Shown here piece after piece: positions 9,507-18,538 of a DNA stretch of 38,838 nt (positions are counted from its first letter, which is position 1; each line of letters opens with the position of its first letter). Source of the DNA: a virus (lineage: Duplodnaviria; Heunggongvirae; Uroviricota; Caudoviricetes). The stretch lies in the IMG/VR virus record IMGVR_UViG_2531839130_000015. One strand, given 5' to 3'. Under the pieces are notes generated by a model, which saw only the letters and a list, made by a program, of their open reading frames with translations, had not been told where the DNA came from and did not search any database. A program made the position numbers and the translations under genes.

Positions 9507-9789
9507 GAGGAGCGGAAGTTCAAAATTTTTCATAACGACTGATGAGAACAACACTAATTTTCGAACTTACTGGTACAAAAAATTTCCATAATCTTATAAA
9601 AAGTGGGGGAGTCAGTATGGTTCAATATTTGAAATACTACTTGTTTATGTTGAGAAAATTTTAAGCTTGACCTGGTTACCAGATTACAGCCGATCAACAC
9701 CTAGACATCGAAACTTAGAGGTACCTCTGCTTTCAGGCATACTTAGAGGTCTATGTCTAAACCACCCGCTATGCAGGTGGTTGATTTAC

Positions 9790-11325
9790 CTAATTCGGCC
9801 TTGCTTGAATAGCAGACTCTATAGCTGCTCGGAATTCCGGGGCATCAGTTCTTAATCGATAATCATCAAGGGTATTGAATATTTCTAGAAGTTCTCTACG
9901 ATAATGCAGCGGTGCTGAATTACCTTCGCCTCTAGTGGTGAAAATTAATAATGAGTCAGCGACGTCTTTTAATTTTTTATTCCTTTTCAACCTAATATAA
10001 CAAGATACAACTATATCAAGAATATGCTTTCTAGATTTCAAGGTGAGTTTATTATTAGGCATAACCAACTGCAGCATAGCACCAAGTAATTTGGTAGCCT
10101 CTTTTGAAATATAATGAAGATCGAAATTATCTATTTCTTTATTTTCTTGAGGAATCTCCTTTTCATCTATCCATTCGCATTGTTCTGCCCAATCTGTAGC
10201 GACGCTAAATAAATGACAGAGAAGGAAGTGAAAAGGTGTTTCCCATTCACCACTATATTCATCTGATTGCCTATTCATATTCTTTATAATTTTCCTTGCG
10301 AAATATGAATAGTAATGCAACCATAAATGATCCTGAAGACCCTGGTGAATACCTTCATGAACCATAATTTCAAACAGCGTGACACCTGAGTAAATAGGAC
10401 ATTTATATTTTGAAGCATCGTAATAGGAACCTAAAGACTTATTAAGTGCAGCAATAATTTTTTCATCTTCATCTAACCTCCAGTAGAGATAGTCACCGAT
10501 ATCACGGTATATTGCTAAATCAGCTGCAAACTTAGCATTGGAAAAGAAAAAATGTAATATACGGTTGTTTTTTGGAATCAATAAACGATGTCCTCGACTA
10601 ACGTTAAGATTATTTTTAAGCTCAACATATAGACGACTGTTAGGTGAACCAAGTAATGCACTGATAAAATTAGAAGTAAAGTCAGAACGAACTATTGGCT
10701 CGATCTTGATTAACTCAAGGCAGAGGGATGGGTGCGCAAGTGCAAAGTGATTGGTAAGTTCAGGTGATGAGACAATATTTAACAATGCTTCATGTGCATG
10801 TTCAGCAGCTGTCTCGCGATTAGAGATGCGGAGATTGTTAGCTATCTTATCACAAAGTCGATTCTTCACAGGTCTATCAATTATTGATATTAATTTTTCT
10901 AGTTGAGGTGCCAACAATTGTGCCAGATCGTCGTATCGTTTAGTAAGGTGCAAATTTTCCACTAACTCTAGAAATATCCCTGTTCTTCCAATTGAGAGTT
11001 TAGGGTTTTTTAAGCGAAATGAAATGTAAATAGCAACTGCGAGTGATATCAGGTATACGGCACTTGAACTATCTAATCCCCATTTCCAGGGGCCAAAGCT
11101 AAAATATAAGTCTAGTGATTTTAAAGCCGGTGCAAACACCAAATAATTGCTTAGTAAGAATGCAAACCCAACAATTACCCAATCCCACCACGCTAGGCAG
11201 AACCTTAAACGTAGTCGAGCGTTTGGCGTAATAAGGGCCCATACAGCAGCAATAACGCCCAATATGGTAAGTAGACTTGATGTATCAATTTTGGTTGGCG
11301 GTGTCATAATTTCTCTTGTAATCAT
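9790..11325 (-). CDS. AT-rich cargo membrane protein (511 aa): about three N-terminal TM helices plus a large soluble domain with an HExxHxxxxxH motif; function unknown
   Basis: Hydrophobic segments LLTILGVIAAVWALI, WVIVGFAFLLSNYLVFAPAL, AVYLISLAVAIYISF; motif VHEGIHQGLQDH resembles zinc-metallopeptidase HExxH/metzincin spacing; no P2 backbone gene of this kind recalled; convergent with the upstream GIY-YIG gene. Confidence 0.6.
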   Translation of the reverse strand: MITREIMTPPTKIDTSSLLTILGVIAAVWALITPNARLRLRFCLAWWDWVIVGFAFLLSNYLVFAPALKSLDLYFSFGPWKWGLDSSSAVYLISLAVAIYISFRLKNPKLSIGRTGIFLELVENLHLTKRYDDLAQLLAPQLEKLISIIDRPVKNRLCDKIANNLRISNRETAAEHAHEALLNIVSSPELTNHFALAHPSLCLELIKIEPIVRSDFTSNFISALLGSPNSRLYVELKNNLNVSRGHRLLIPKNNRILHFFFSNAKFAADLAIYRDIGDYLYWRLDEDEKIIAALNKSLGSYYDASKYKCPIYSGVTLFEIMVHEGIHQGLQDHLWLHYYSYFARKIIKNMNRQSDEYSGEWETPFHFLLCHLFSVATDWAEQCEWIDEKEIPQENKEIDNFDLHYISKEATKLLGAMLQLVMPNNKLTLKSRKHILDIVVSCYIRLKRNKKLKDVADSLLIFTTRGEGNSAPLHYRRELLEIFNTLDDYRLRTDAPEFRAAIESAIQARPN

Positions 11326-11596
11326 TGTTTGATGTACATCGGAATGGTTTCAAATGATAAGGCTCTGTGTATGATAAATCAGAACGTTATGCACGTTTAA
11401 GAATACCCTCAAAATGGCACATTTTAATCTAAAAATGGCATTAAATGGACACTACTTGTCCACACAAGTTTTTTTCAGTCGGCTTTTCCCGACTAACGTT
11501 TGGGGTGTCCTATTGAAACTACGCTCCTTATAAAAGCAATACTGTAGCTGTATGTTTATCAAAGGGGTTGTGCTAACCAAATTACTGAAGCCTAAG

Positions 11597-11620
11597 GTCC
11601 GCTCTTGGCACAGAGCGGAC
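11597..11620. repeat. Palindromic hairpin GTCCGCTCT-N6-AGAGCGGAC, copy 3
   Basis: gtccgctcttggcacagagcggac between the cargo membrane gene and tail gene G; shares the GTCCGCT/AGCGGAC stem with copies 1 and 2. Confidence 0.6.
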
Positions 11621-11681
11621 TGTCAGATCAGGCTTTACTCTGTGCCATAGATATGTAAGCTCACACCAGAGCTCATACAAC

Positions 11682-12209
11682 TTATTGTGGCATTTTCGGC
11701 CATTCGGGATTTGCAGGATCCACACGGCTGACCAGAACACTGTAGCGTTCCCATGCTTCCAGTCGGCTATGCTCCTCATCTGTTGCCATGTTCAGCCTGA
11801 CAGCGCGCTCCAGTGGCTGAATAACGCTTTCCGCTTCGGAAAGTAACGCGGCCTTTTGTGATTCTGTCTGTTGTTGCTGTTCGTCTGCCGTATAAATCCG
11901 CTTAATCACGGCACCATCCTTAAACATCCATTTACCTGAGTCATCAGCACGTCGGTTGGCGGTAATATCAGGAACCTCGACAACGCTAAAACCTTCAGGG
12001 TTAAGCGTTGAAGCATCTCTGGTGATGCCGACAATTATATTATTCTCGTCGTAAACAATCTTTATCGTGTCTTCCTGAAAATTACTTACTTCCTCATACC
12101 AGTTTTTTCCGTCTTCGGACCATAACCAGATAACATCAAAATTTTTTGTCAGTTGATATTGAGCAACAGTTTTTGGATTACCCGCAGTAATATTTTTTAA
12201 ATGCTGCAT
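11682..12209 (-). CDS. G: Tail fibre assembly chaperone G (175 aa)
   Basis: MQHLKNI...[29 protein letters not shown] matches recalled P2 gpG. Confidence 0.9.
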   Translation of the reverse strand: MQHLKNITAGNPKTVAQYQLTKNFDVIWLWSEDGKNWYEEVSNFQEDTIKIVYDENNIIVGITRDASTLNPEGFSVVEVPDITANRRADDSGKWMFKDGAVIKRIYTADEQQQQTESQKAALLSEAESVIQPLERAVRLNMATDEEHSRLEAWERYSVLVSRVDPANPEWPKMPQ

Positions 12210-12212
12210 AAA

Positions 12213-14435
12213 TTACACCTGTGCGACGTTATACCATGTGCCATTGATGTATTTTTGTATCGGTCTGAATACTGCGGGGTCATCACCATCGACTTCACCG
12301 ACAATACCAAGCCCTGTAATTACGTGCCCTGCTTTCTCATACATAACCCCTTTCTGCATAGTCTGAACAACACGAGTGCCCAGGCGAATATCCCGGACAT
12401 AGCGAGAATCTGATTCAGCTTTGGTGTATGCACCAACATCTCCCGCTGATGGTTTTCGTGTTGTGGTATAGAAATCAGACCAGCCAGATTCAAAACCATA
12501 ACCATCACGGGCTGACCTGTAAGATATACCGCCATTTTTATAATTCACACGAAACTGTACAGCCGGGCAGCTACCAGCATTTATATTAAAGTGAAGAATT
12601 AATGCAGATGCTCCCCCAATCAGAGCGTTGTATGCGCCACTGTCCCAATTCCATCCAACGGCTGTATCACCATTAACCGTATTACCTGTCTGCCGAAGTG
12701 CAAATGCACCGACATTTCTGGCATTAAGGGTAATATCTCCAGAACCATCAAAGGCAACACCTGCTATTTTCCTCGGTGTTTCGAGTTTTGAGGCTGTTGC
12801 AGCATTTCCTGAAAGGCTGGAAATAAATGGATGTGAACAGTAATAACCACGTCCATTTTTAAAATCCAGAATAGCCTGTACGTTCGTGCTTTCTGTAGCG
12901 GGATTAGTTGCCCCCCACTTATATGTCGTCTGACCGACGACATAATCCTCTGTCGGAACAATAACCGTTAGCCCTTCCTCTGCAAGAATTTGTACTGGGA
13001 AAGCTCTGGCTTCAACATAAAAAACACTACATACATCATCATCTTTCAGGCTTGTAACAATGGAATGGATTGAACGCTCATTAGTCTGATACGTCCAGAA
13101 ATAACCTGCCGCATATGAACCACGATCGGTCCAGCCTCCGGGCATAACCATGCCATTAAACTCGCAGTTATTCATTACATAATCGCCGTTATAACAACCA
13201 GTTGAAATAACGACGCGGGATGCCATTTCTCCTGAAAGGCTGGCAGCACGGCGAAAGATAACGGGATACCACTTCCCGGCAACGACATTTGCAGGGGCTG
13301 CAAACGAATACTTTCGCATTCCCTTTTTCTTATCCACTTCACCTTTGCTGTAAACATTAATGTTACTCAGGAAGCGTCCTTTATCAGGAATATCCGCACC
13401 GTTCTGATCTTTCTGAAGACGTTTTTCAGCATTGTCATAGGCAGACTTCACCGCTTTTGGTGTTGCAGCCAGCGTTTCAGAATCACTGTTGGTGGCGCTA
13501 CTGAGCTGGACAAGACCTTTTCGCGCTGTGGTGGCATCCTGTGCAGTGTATTTCCCGTTAGCAAGGTCATACGCTGTCTTAACCGCCTTTGGCGTTGCCG
13601 CAAGCGTTTCAGAATCGCTGTTGGTGGCGCTACTGAGCTGGACAAGGCCTTTTCGCGCGGTGGTGGCGTCCTGTGCAGTGTATTTCCCGTTAGCAAGGTC
13701 ATATGCTGCTTTTACCGCTTTTGGTGTTGCGGCGAGCGTTTCAGACGTGCTGTTGGTGGCACTACTGAGCTGGACAAGGCCTTTTCGCGCTGTGGTGGCG
13801 TCCTGTGCAGTGTATTTCCCGTTAGCAAGGTCATATGCTGCTTTTACCGCTTTTGGTGTTGCGGCGAGTGTTTCAGACGTGCTGTTGGTCGCACTGCTTA
13901 ACTGAGTAAAACCTTTGGCGGTCAGCGAGGCGTCCGGGTGACGTCGTGACTGTTCATGTTCTGCAATTTTGTCATCAACGTAATCCTGCGTTGCCATCAC
14001 CGTTGTGGTGTCAATGGTCAGCGCCACTGAGGCCACACTGCTGACGATGATGACCATGCGGCAGGTCTGCGAACGCCCTGAGCCTTCGGCAAGAGCTGGC
14101 TTATAACTTTCAGCCATGTTCGCCACGGCAATTAACGTTCCAGCATCATCGTACAGGCCAAGCTCACGCATCCAGAAACCGCCCACCTCCGGCGGAATAA
14201 CCAGCTCTGCGATAATATAATTACTGTTTCGTTTGTCCTGGCTGATTTTGTTCAGCGCATGTCGCCAGACTTCGTGGATAAGCCCGGTCTGTCCGGCATC
14301 CGGGACAGGCAATTTACCACCGCCATCCCCGACGGCCATCGTGGTAATGTTGACCTTCCGCCCTCCCGGCGCGGTTGCCGCTGCCAGCTTTGCTGCACCA
14401 GCAGTGGTGATAACGGTTCTGAATTTTGTGCTCAT
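12213..14435 (-). CDS. H: Tail fibre protein H (740 aa) with internal tandem repeats and an AT-rich distal receptor-binding region
   Basis: N-terminus P2 gpH-like; four tandem copies of an about 40-aa unit (…LSSATNSTSETLAATPKAVKAAYDLANGKYTAQDATTARKGLVQ…); product longer than recalled P2 gpH (about 669 aa). Confidence 0.85.
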   Translation of the reverse strand: MSTKFRTVITTAGAAKLAAATAPGGRKVNITTMAVGDGGGKLPVPDAGQTGLIHEVWRHALNKISQDKRNSNYIIAELVIPPEVGGFWMRELGLYDDAGTLIAVANMAESYKPALAEGSGRSQTCRMVIIVSSVASVALTIDTTTVMATQDYVDDKIAEHEQSRRHPDASLTAKGFTQLSSATNSTSETLAATPKAVKAAYDLANGKYTAQDATTARKGLVQLSSATNSTSETLAATPKAVKAAYDLANGKYTAQDATTARKGLVQLSSATNSDSETLAATPKAVKTAYDLANGKYTAQDATTARKGLVQLSSATNSDSETLAATPKAVKSAYDNAEKRLQKDQNGADIPDKGRFLSNINVYSKGEVDKKKGMRKYSFAAPANVVAGKWYPVIFRRAASLSGEMASRVVISTGCYNGDYVMNNCEFNGMVMPGGWTDRGSYAAGYFWTYQTNERSIHSIVTSLKDDDVCSVFYVEARAFPVQILAEEGLTVIVPTEDYVVGQTTYKWGATNPATESTNVQAILDFKNGRGYYCSHPFISSLSGNAATASKLETPRKIAGVAFDGSGDITLNARNVGAFALRQTGNTVNGDTAVGWNWDSGAYNALIGGASALILHFNINAGSCPAVQFRVNYKNGGISYRSARDGYGFESGWSDFYTTTRKPSAGDVGAYTKAESDSRYVRDIRLGTRVVQTMQKGVMYEKAGHVITGLGIVGEVDGDDPAVFRPIQKYINGTWYNVAQV
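13430..13925. repeat. Four tandem about 120-bp coding repeats inside tail fibre gene H
   Basis: Near-identical repeated DNA blocks seen directly (e.g. tggtggcgctactgagctggacaag... recurring); corresponds to the repeated peptide unit in H. Confidence 0.8.
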
Positions 14436-14445
14436 TATTCCTCAC

Positions 14446-14976
14446 TTATCCGGGGTAAACCGTAATTACATCGCCGTCATAAGCCACACCACCGGCGAAC
14501 AGGTAGCCGGGAATGTCCCGGGTAATGTTCAGACCAATAAGGTGACGGCTTGCAGGTTTGGCATCAGCAATCAGCCGTTCCATTTCCTGATACATTGCCT
14601 CTGTGATACCGCTTTCCAGTACACCAATATCAAGGCGGAAGGTGCCGGGCGGGTCACTGTTTTCCCACCACTCCGTCACGTTGATGAGATAGCCGAGCGG
14701 CTCCACCACACGCCGGATTGCGCCGATAGTGCCTTTATGACAGTGGATGAAATAGGCATCGCGGATAACGGCGCGTTTTGTCGCTTCCGGCCACTTTTCA
14801 TCCCACCTGTCGACCGAAAACGCCCACGCCAGCCACGGCAGCAGATTTGCCGGGCAGGTGTCCGGGTTCCACAGCTCACGAATCCTGACCGGCGTTTTTT
14901 CAATTTCCGCACAGGCTTTTGCGGCGGCAACTTCAAGCGGTGATGAGCCGGTCGGCAGCAGGCGCGAATCACTCAT
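14446..14976 (-). CDS. I: Baseplate assembly protein I (176 aa)
   Basis: Size and synteny with P2 gpI. Confidence 0.85.
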   Translation of the reverse strand: MSDSRLLPTGSSPLEVAAAKACAEIEKTPVRIRELWNPDTCPANLLPWLAWAFSVDRWDEKWPEATKRAVIRDAYFIHCHKGTIGAIRRVVEPLGYLINVTEWWENSDPPGTFRLDIGVLESGITEAMYQEMERLIADAKPASRHLIGLNITRDIPGYLFAGGVAYDGDVITVYPG

Positions 14977-15877
14977 CCGAGCCTCCGGTCACGACGCGGT
15001 ATTCGGTACAGAAAGACGCCTGCGTACTGTTGAGCACGATGTCAGCCAGTGGTGCAGCCAGTTCGACACGCTGCACGCCTTCCACATGCAAAGCGGCATA
15101 AATGGCAGACAGACGGATGTCGCGCCCCAGTCGGTGCTGTGCCGTGATATACGCTTCCAGCTTTTTCACAGCGGCAGCGCGGATGGGTTCGCTTTCGGGA
15201 CCAGGGTAAAGGTAAAGCGTGGCGTTTATCTGGTATTCAACGATGGCAGCAGACTGCACGGTCACGCGGTCGGCCACCGGCCTGACGTCCTCGCCATTAA
15301 GGGCGTTACGCACCACAGCCAGCAGGTCTTCGGATGCGACGCCGTTATTTTCACGTGACAGCACAGAGATGGTGACACAGGCAGGAGACGGACTGGTGAC
15401 AGAAATATCCGCGACACGCCCGTCAGCACTGCGACCATGATACTGATAGGCCCCCACCGACCCGGCGACGCTTAAACCTTCAAACGCCTGCTGAATACGC
15501 AGACGATAATCGGTGTCAGATTCCATCACGGCCGGTGTCGGCGGGAGGGTCGAATCATCTGCCGGGGTGATAATCAGGCGCGTGGTGTTGTAATTGGCAC
15601 CAATCACATCAAGGTCATTACCGGCGGCACAGGCCAGCATCACCGCCCGTGCGGCCTCATTCACACGCTGACGCCAGATAAGCTCACGATAAGCATTTTC
15701 TTCCAGCAGTTTGACGAGAGGCTCAGATTCCATTGTCAGGGTACGGGCGACCGCCTCCTGCTGATCTTCCGGGTAAAGGGAAATCAGTGTCGCCTTGCGT
15801 TCAGCGAGAATGCTTTCAAAGTCCAGCTCCTCGACCACATCCGGTGCGGGTAGCTGGTTCAGGTCGATAATCGGCAT
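14969..15877 (-). CDS. J: Baseplate assembly protein J (302 aa)
   Basis: Size and synteny with P2 gpJ. Confidence 0.85.
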   Translation of the reverse strand: MPIIDLNQLPAPDVVEELDFESILAERKATLISLYPEDQQEAVARTLTMESEPLVKLLEENAYRELIWRQRVNEAARAVMLACAAGNDLDVIGANYNTTRLIITPADDSTLPPTPAVMESDTDYRLRIQQAFEGLSVAGSVGAYQYHGRSADGRVADISVTSPSPACVTISVLSRENNGVASEDLLAVVRNALNGEDVRPVADRVTVQSAAIVEYQINATLYLYPGPESEPIRAAAVKKLEAYITAQHRLGRDIRLSAIYAALHVEGVQRVELAAPLADIVLNSTQASFCTEYRVVTGGSDE

Positions 15878-15881
15878 GGTT

Positions 15882-16229
15882 TCAACTCACAGGGATGGTT
15901 AATGAAAGTGGCTGGCCGGTGTCGTTGTGCTGGCCGGTTAACGTGACCGTCATTCGCCCGTCAAAACTGCGCTCAGTGGTGACGGATGACAGGGTGACGC
16001 GGGGTTCCCATTTCAGCACCGCCATGTAACAGGCGACCTTAATCTGCAACTCAAGCGCCGGGGTCTGCGGCTGGTCAATCATTGATGCCAGCAACGAGCC
16101 GTAATCACGACGCATCACCCGTGAGCCGACCGGTGTGCGCAGGATATCGCCGATACTCTGGCTGATATGCTCAAGGTCAGTGACAGTCAGGCCATCACTG
16201 CGATTCATTCCGAGATAACGCGCTGTCAT
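15882..16229 (-). CDS. W: Baseplate protein W (115 aa)
   Basis: Size and synteny with P2 gpW. Confidence 0.85.
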   Translation of the reverse strand: MTARYLGMNRSDGLTVTDLEHISQSIGDILRTPVGSRVMRRDYGSLLASMIDQPQTPALELQIKVACYMAVLKWEPRVTLSSVTTERSFDGRMTVTLTGQHNDTGQPLSLTIPVS

Positions 16230-16861
16230 AAAGGACTCCCGGTTGTGCCGCCGCTGTCGCCGGGGTGTTTATGGGTATGCAGTACCTTACCGTTTGATGA
16301 GAGTTCACCGCCGGTGTGTTCAATGTTGCCGCGCATCGTCCCGCCCTTCTGCACTTCCAGCGTGCCGGTAATCAGCCTGTTGGTGCAGACCACCTCCGGG
16401 GTGTCCAGGGTGACGCGGGTTGATGCTTTCACCATGACCACCGGCACCGTGGCAGTAACAGAATCAGAAGCCGTCACGCTGGCCGTTTTAATTCCGCTTA
16501 CCGTAAGTGCACTGGTTTCGGGTTCATATTCAATCACCGCCCCGTCAGGGAAACGGATATGCAGGGCATCCGCCGACGCAGACGGCGCGGGGTTATCGCC
16601 GGAATAAATCCCCGACAGAACGAACGCCGTGTCGAGTTCACCGCCGACGGCCAGAATCAGCACCTGTTCCCCCACGGAAGGTGCCCACCATGTGCGCGAA
16701 CGCCCGGCGCGATGGGTCAGCCACTGAAGCCAGTCGGTGCACATGCCGCCGGTCTGCACACGGCAGCGACCGGCGTTAAGGTCGGTTTCGACGACAATGC
16801 CGGTGCGTATCATGTTGCGCAGTGCGCGCGCGAGTTCCTGAATATTTGATAATGTGCTCAT
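16226..16861 (-). CDS. V: Baseplate spike protein V (211 aa); track ORF over-extended at the N-terminus
   Basis: MSTLSNIQELARALRNMIRTGIVVETDLNAGRCRVQTGGM matches recalled P2 gpV; start moved to that Met. Confidence 0.85.
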   Translation of the reverse strand: MSTLSNIQELARALRNMIRTGIVVETDLNAGRCRVQTGGMCTDWLQWLTHRAGRSRTWWAPSVGEQVLILAVGGELDTAFVLSGIYSGDNPAPSASADALHIRFPDGAVIEYEPETSALTVSGIKTASVTASDSVTATVPVVMVKASTRVTLDTPEVVCTNRLITGTLEVQKGGTMRGNIEHTGGELSSNGKVLHTHKHPGDSGGTTGSPL

Positions 16862-16944
16862 ACGGCAATAATGAGAGATATATACTCGATAAACCATTAC
16901 AACCCGTTGTATCATTTTTGGCACAATCAAGAAGGAACTGAAGT

Positions 16945-17688
16945 ATGGATAAATATCAAATCTGGGAAAATCAAAAAGACACCATCGCCCACCAAGAGTA
17001 TTTAAAAATCTCCGACACCAATTTACTTGGACATATGCATATTGCCAATTACGAAGTTGTCCAACATGAATTAAGCAAATTCAACTCCCCTGACATTGTT
17101 TCCCGTCATTCATTTAACAGAGACAAATTTAAAAAAGAACATTTAAACATATCAAGACACCTTTTCAATTATATATCTTCAGCATTATCATTTAGAGATT
17201 CAACGCGCAACCTACTTAAAACAAAAGCATTAAATATTGCCGACATTAAAATCAAATCAGAGGCATTCATCAATCATGAATTCCGAAATAATCCAGTAAT
17301 AAAATTAATGGAGGATTTAAGAAACATCCTGACGCATCAAAACATGATCGCCCCATCAATATCATCATTCATGCACCTCCAAAGAAATATAAACATGCAC
17401 GGCTTTTCATTTAAGATTGAAAGAATCTTAAACAATGACAGAACCACCAAACAAACAAAAGAATATTTAATCTCACTAAAGCAAAAAAACTTATTCATTT
17501 TACCGATAATAGAAGAATACCAATACACGACTCTTAAGTATCAACACTGGCTTTTAGCAAGTATCTACACTGTTCATCAAGATACTTACCAAGAATACTG
17601 GAATGCGAGAAAAAACATCATGAACGAATGGGGAGGAGACACTCAGCTAATACCTAAAGAGAGTGAGCTCACTTATTTAACCAGATAA
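16945..17688 (+). CDS. AT-rich cargo protein (247 aa), unknown function, with an R-N-x3-H (HEPN-like) motif
   Basis: Clean ORF with AAGGAA Shine-Dalgarno; inserted between V and S and divergent from V; motif LRNILTHQN; no confident family assignment. Confidence 0.55.
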   Translation: MDKYQIWENQKDTIAHQEYLKISDTNLLGHMHIANYEVVQHELSKFNSPDIVSRHSFNRDKFKKEHLNISRHLFNYISSALSFRDSTRNLLKTKALNIADIKIKSEAFINHEFRNNPVIKLMEDLRNILTHQNMIAPSISSFMHLQRNINMHGFSFKIERILNNDRTTKQTKEYLISLKQKNLFILPIIEEYQYTTLKYQHWLLASIYTVHQDTYQEYWNARKNIMNEWGGDTQLIPKESELTYLTR

Positions 17689-17721
17689 CAACCTGGTCAG
17701 TTCGCAAACGGAAAAAACTGG

Positions 17722-17742
17722 CCGCGACATTTTATCGCGGCC
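17722..17742 (-). terminator. Hairpin terminator between the 247-aa cargo gene and S (functions for the minus-strand O-to-S late operon)
   Basis: GCCGCGAcattttaTCGCGGC; on the minus strand the hairpin is followed by CAGTTTTTTCC. Confidence 0.5.
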
Positions 17743-17892
17743 TTAAACATTCAAACGATCACCATTGATGAATCCTTATGCCCCAATCGACTGTATATTT
17801 TCAAGTGGCAATTAAAACTTATCCGACGAAAATACAAAGAGTGTTATACAACAATCAACAACTCAGCAATAAAGCGTAAAAAAATTGCACAA

Positions 17893-18345
17893 CTAACGAT
17901 CGAGGTGAGCCAGGATAATCTCTTCAATCATCTGCACATCCTTACCGGTAAAGCCGAGCAAAGGACGCGCCGGATAATCAATTTTCTTACCGTCTTTCCG
18001 GGTTTCTTCCGACAGACCAAACTGATGCACGCTGGCGATTTTCGGTGACTTCCCGCCGTAAAATTCCATTGATGCCTGTTCCGGGCTGGCGCGGATATGC
18101 AAAAAACGACTGGTGATAAGTTTCGCAAACATTTTTCGCTTAACGCGACCGGTCTTTTTTCTGGCGCTCTGCTGCTGGCGTGGCGCGTAGGGTGTGCCGT
18201 CCGGGGCTTTCTGTGCCATCACCCGACGCTGCTGACTCTGACGCAGACGTTTCGCCAGTTCGGCGCTCAGTCGCCGACGCCCTGACGGTGACAGCGATTC
18301 AATCAGCCCGGTCAGCCGGTCTTCAAAACGCTTAAACTCATTCAT
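17893..18345 (-). CDS. S: Tail completion protein S (150 aa)
   Basis: Size and synteny with P2 gpS; start overlaps the stop of the R remnant. Confidence 0.85.
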   Translation of the reverse strand: MNEFKRFEDRLTGLIESLSPSGRRRLSAELAKRLRQSQQRRVMAQKAPDGTPYAPRQQQSARKKTGRVKRKMFAKLITSRFLHIRASPEQASMEFYGGKSPKIASVHQFGLSEETRKDGKKIDYPARPLLGFTGKDVQMIEEIILAHLDR

Positions 18346-18538
18346 CCCACTTACTCACCAGTTCGCCATTGATATAAAGCTCCATCGGGCGGGTGACCGG
18401 CTCCGGCGGCGGGGGTTCCGGGATATTCTTCACATGCAGTGCGCCGTCAACCTTGCGTATTACCGTGAAGGAGATCGGTGAGTAACATCGATGGAGATCG
18501 GTTCGTGTCACTTTCACAGAACCGTTTTTAAATTACCT

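Noticed and set aside
9415-9789. A retron-like msr/msd ncRNA in the structured spacer between the two Z/fun-position cargo genes
   Set aside because: No reverse transcriptase gene is present anywhere in the island and no a1/a2-type long inverted repeat flanks the region; kept only as an unexplained structured spacer.
9667-9855. 62-aa plus-strand ORF overlapping the 3' end of the 511-aa cargo gene
   Set aside because: No ribosome-binding site; it overlaps the stop region of a better-supported gene and the palindromic spacer; likely a chance frame.
13430-13925. Tandem direct repeats that could be mistaken for a CRISPR array or a VNTR
   Set aside because: The repeats are about 120 bp, in frame within tail fibre gene H, and encode a repeated peptide; no short repeat-spacer structure and no cas genes are present.
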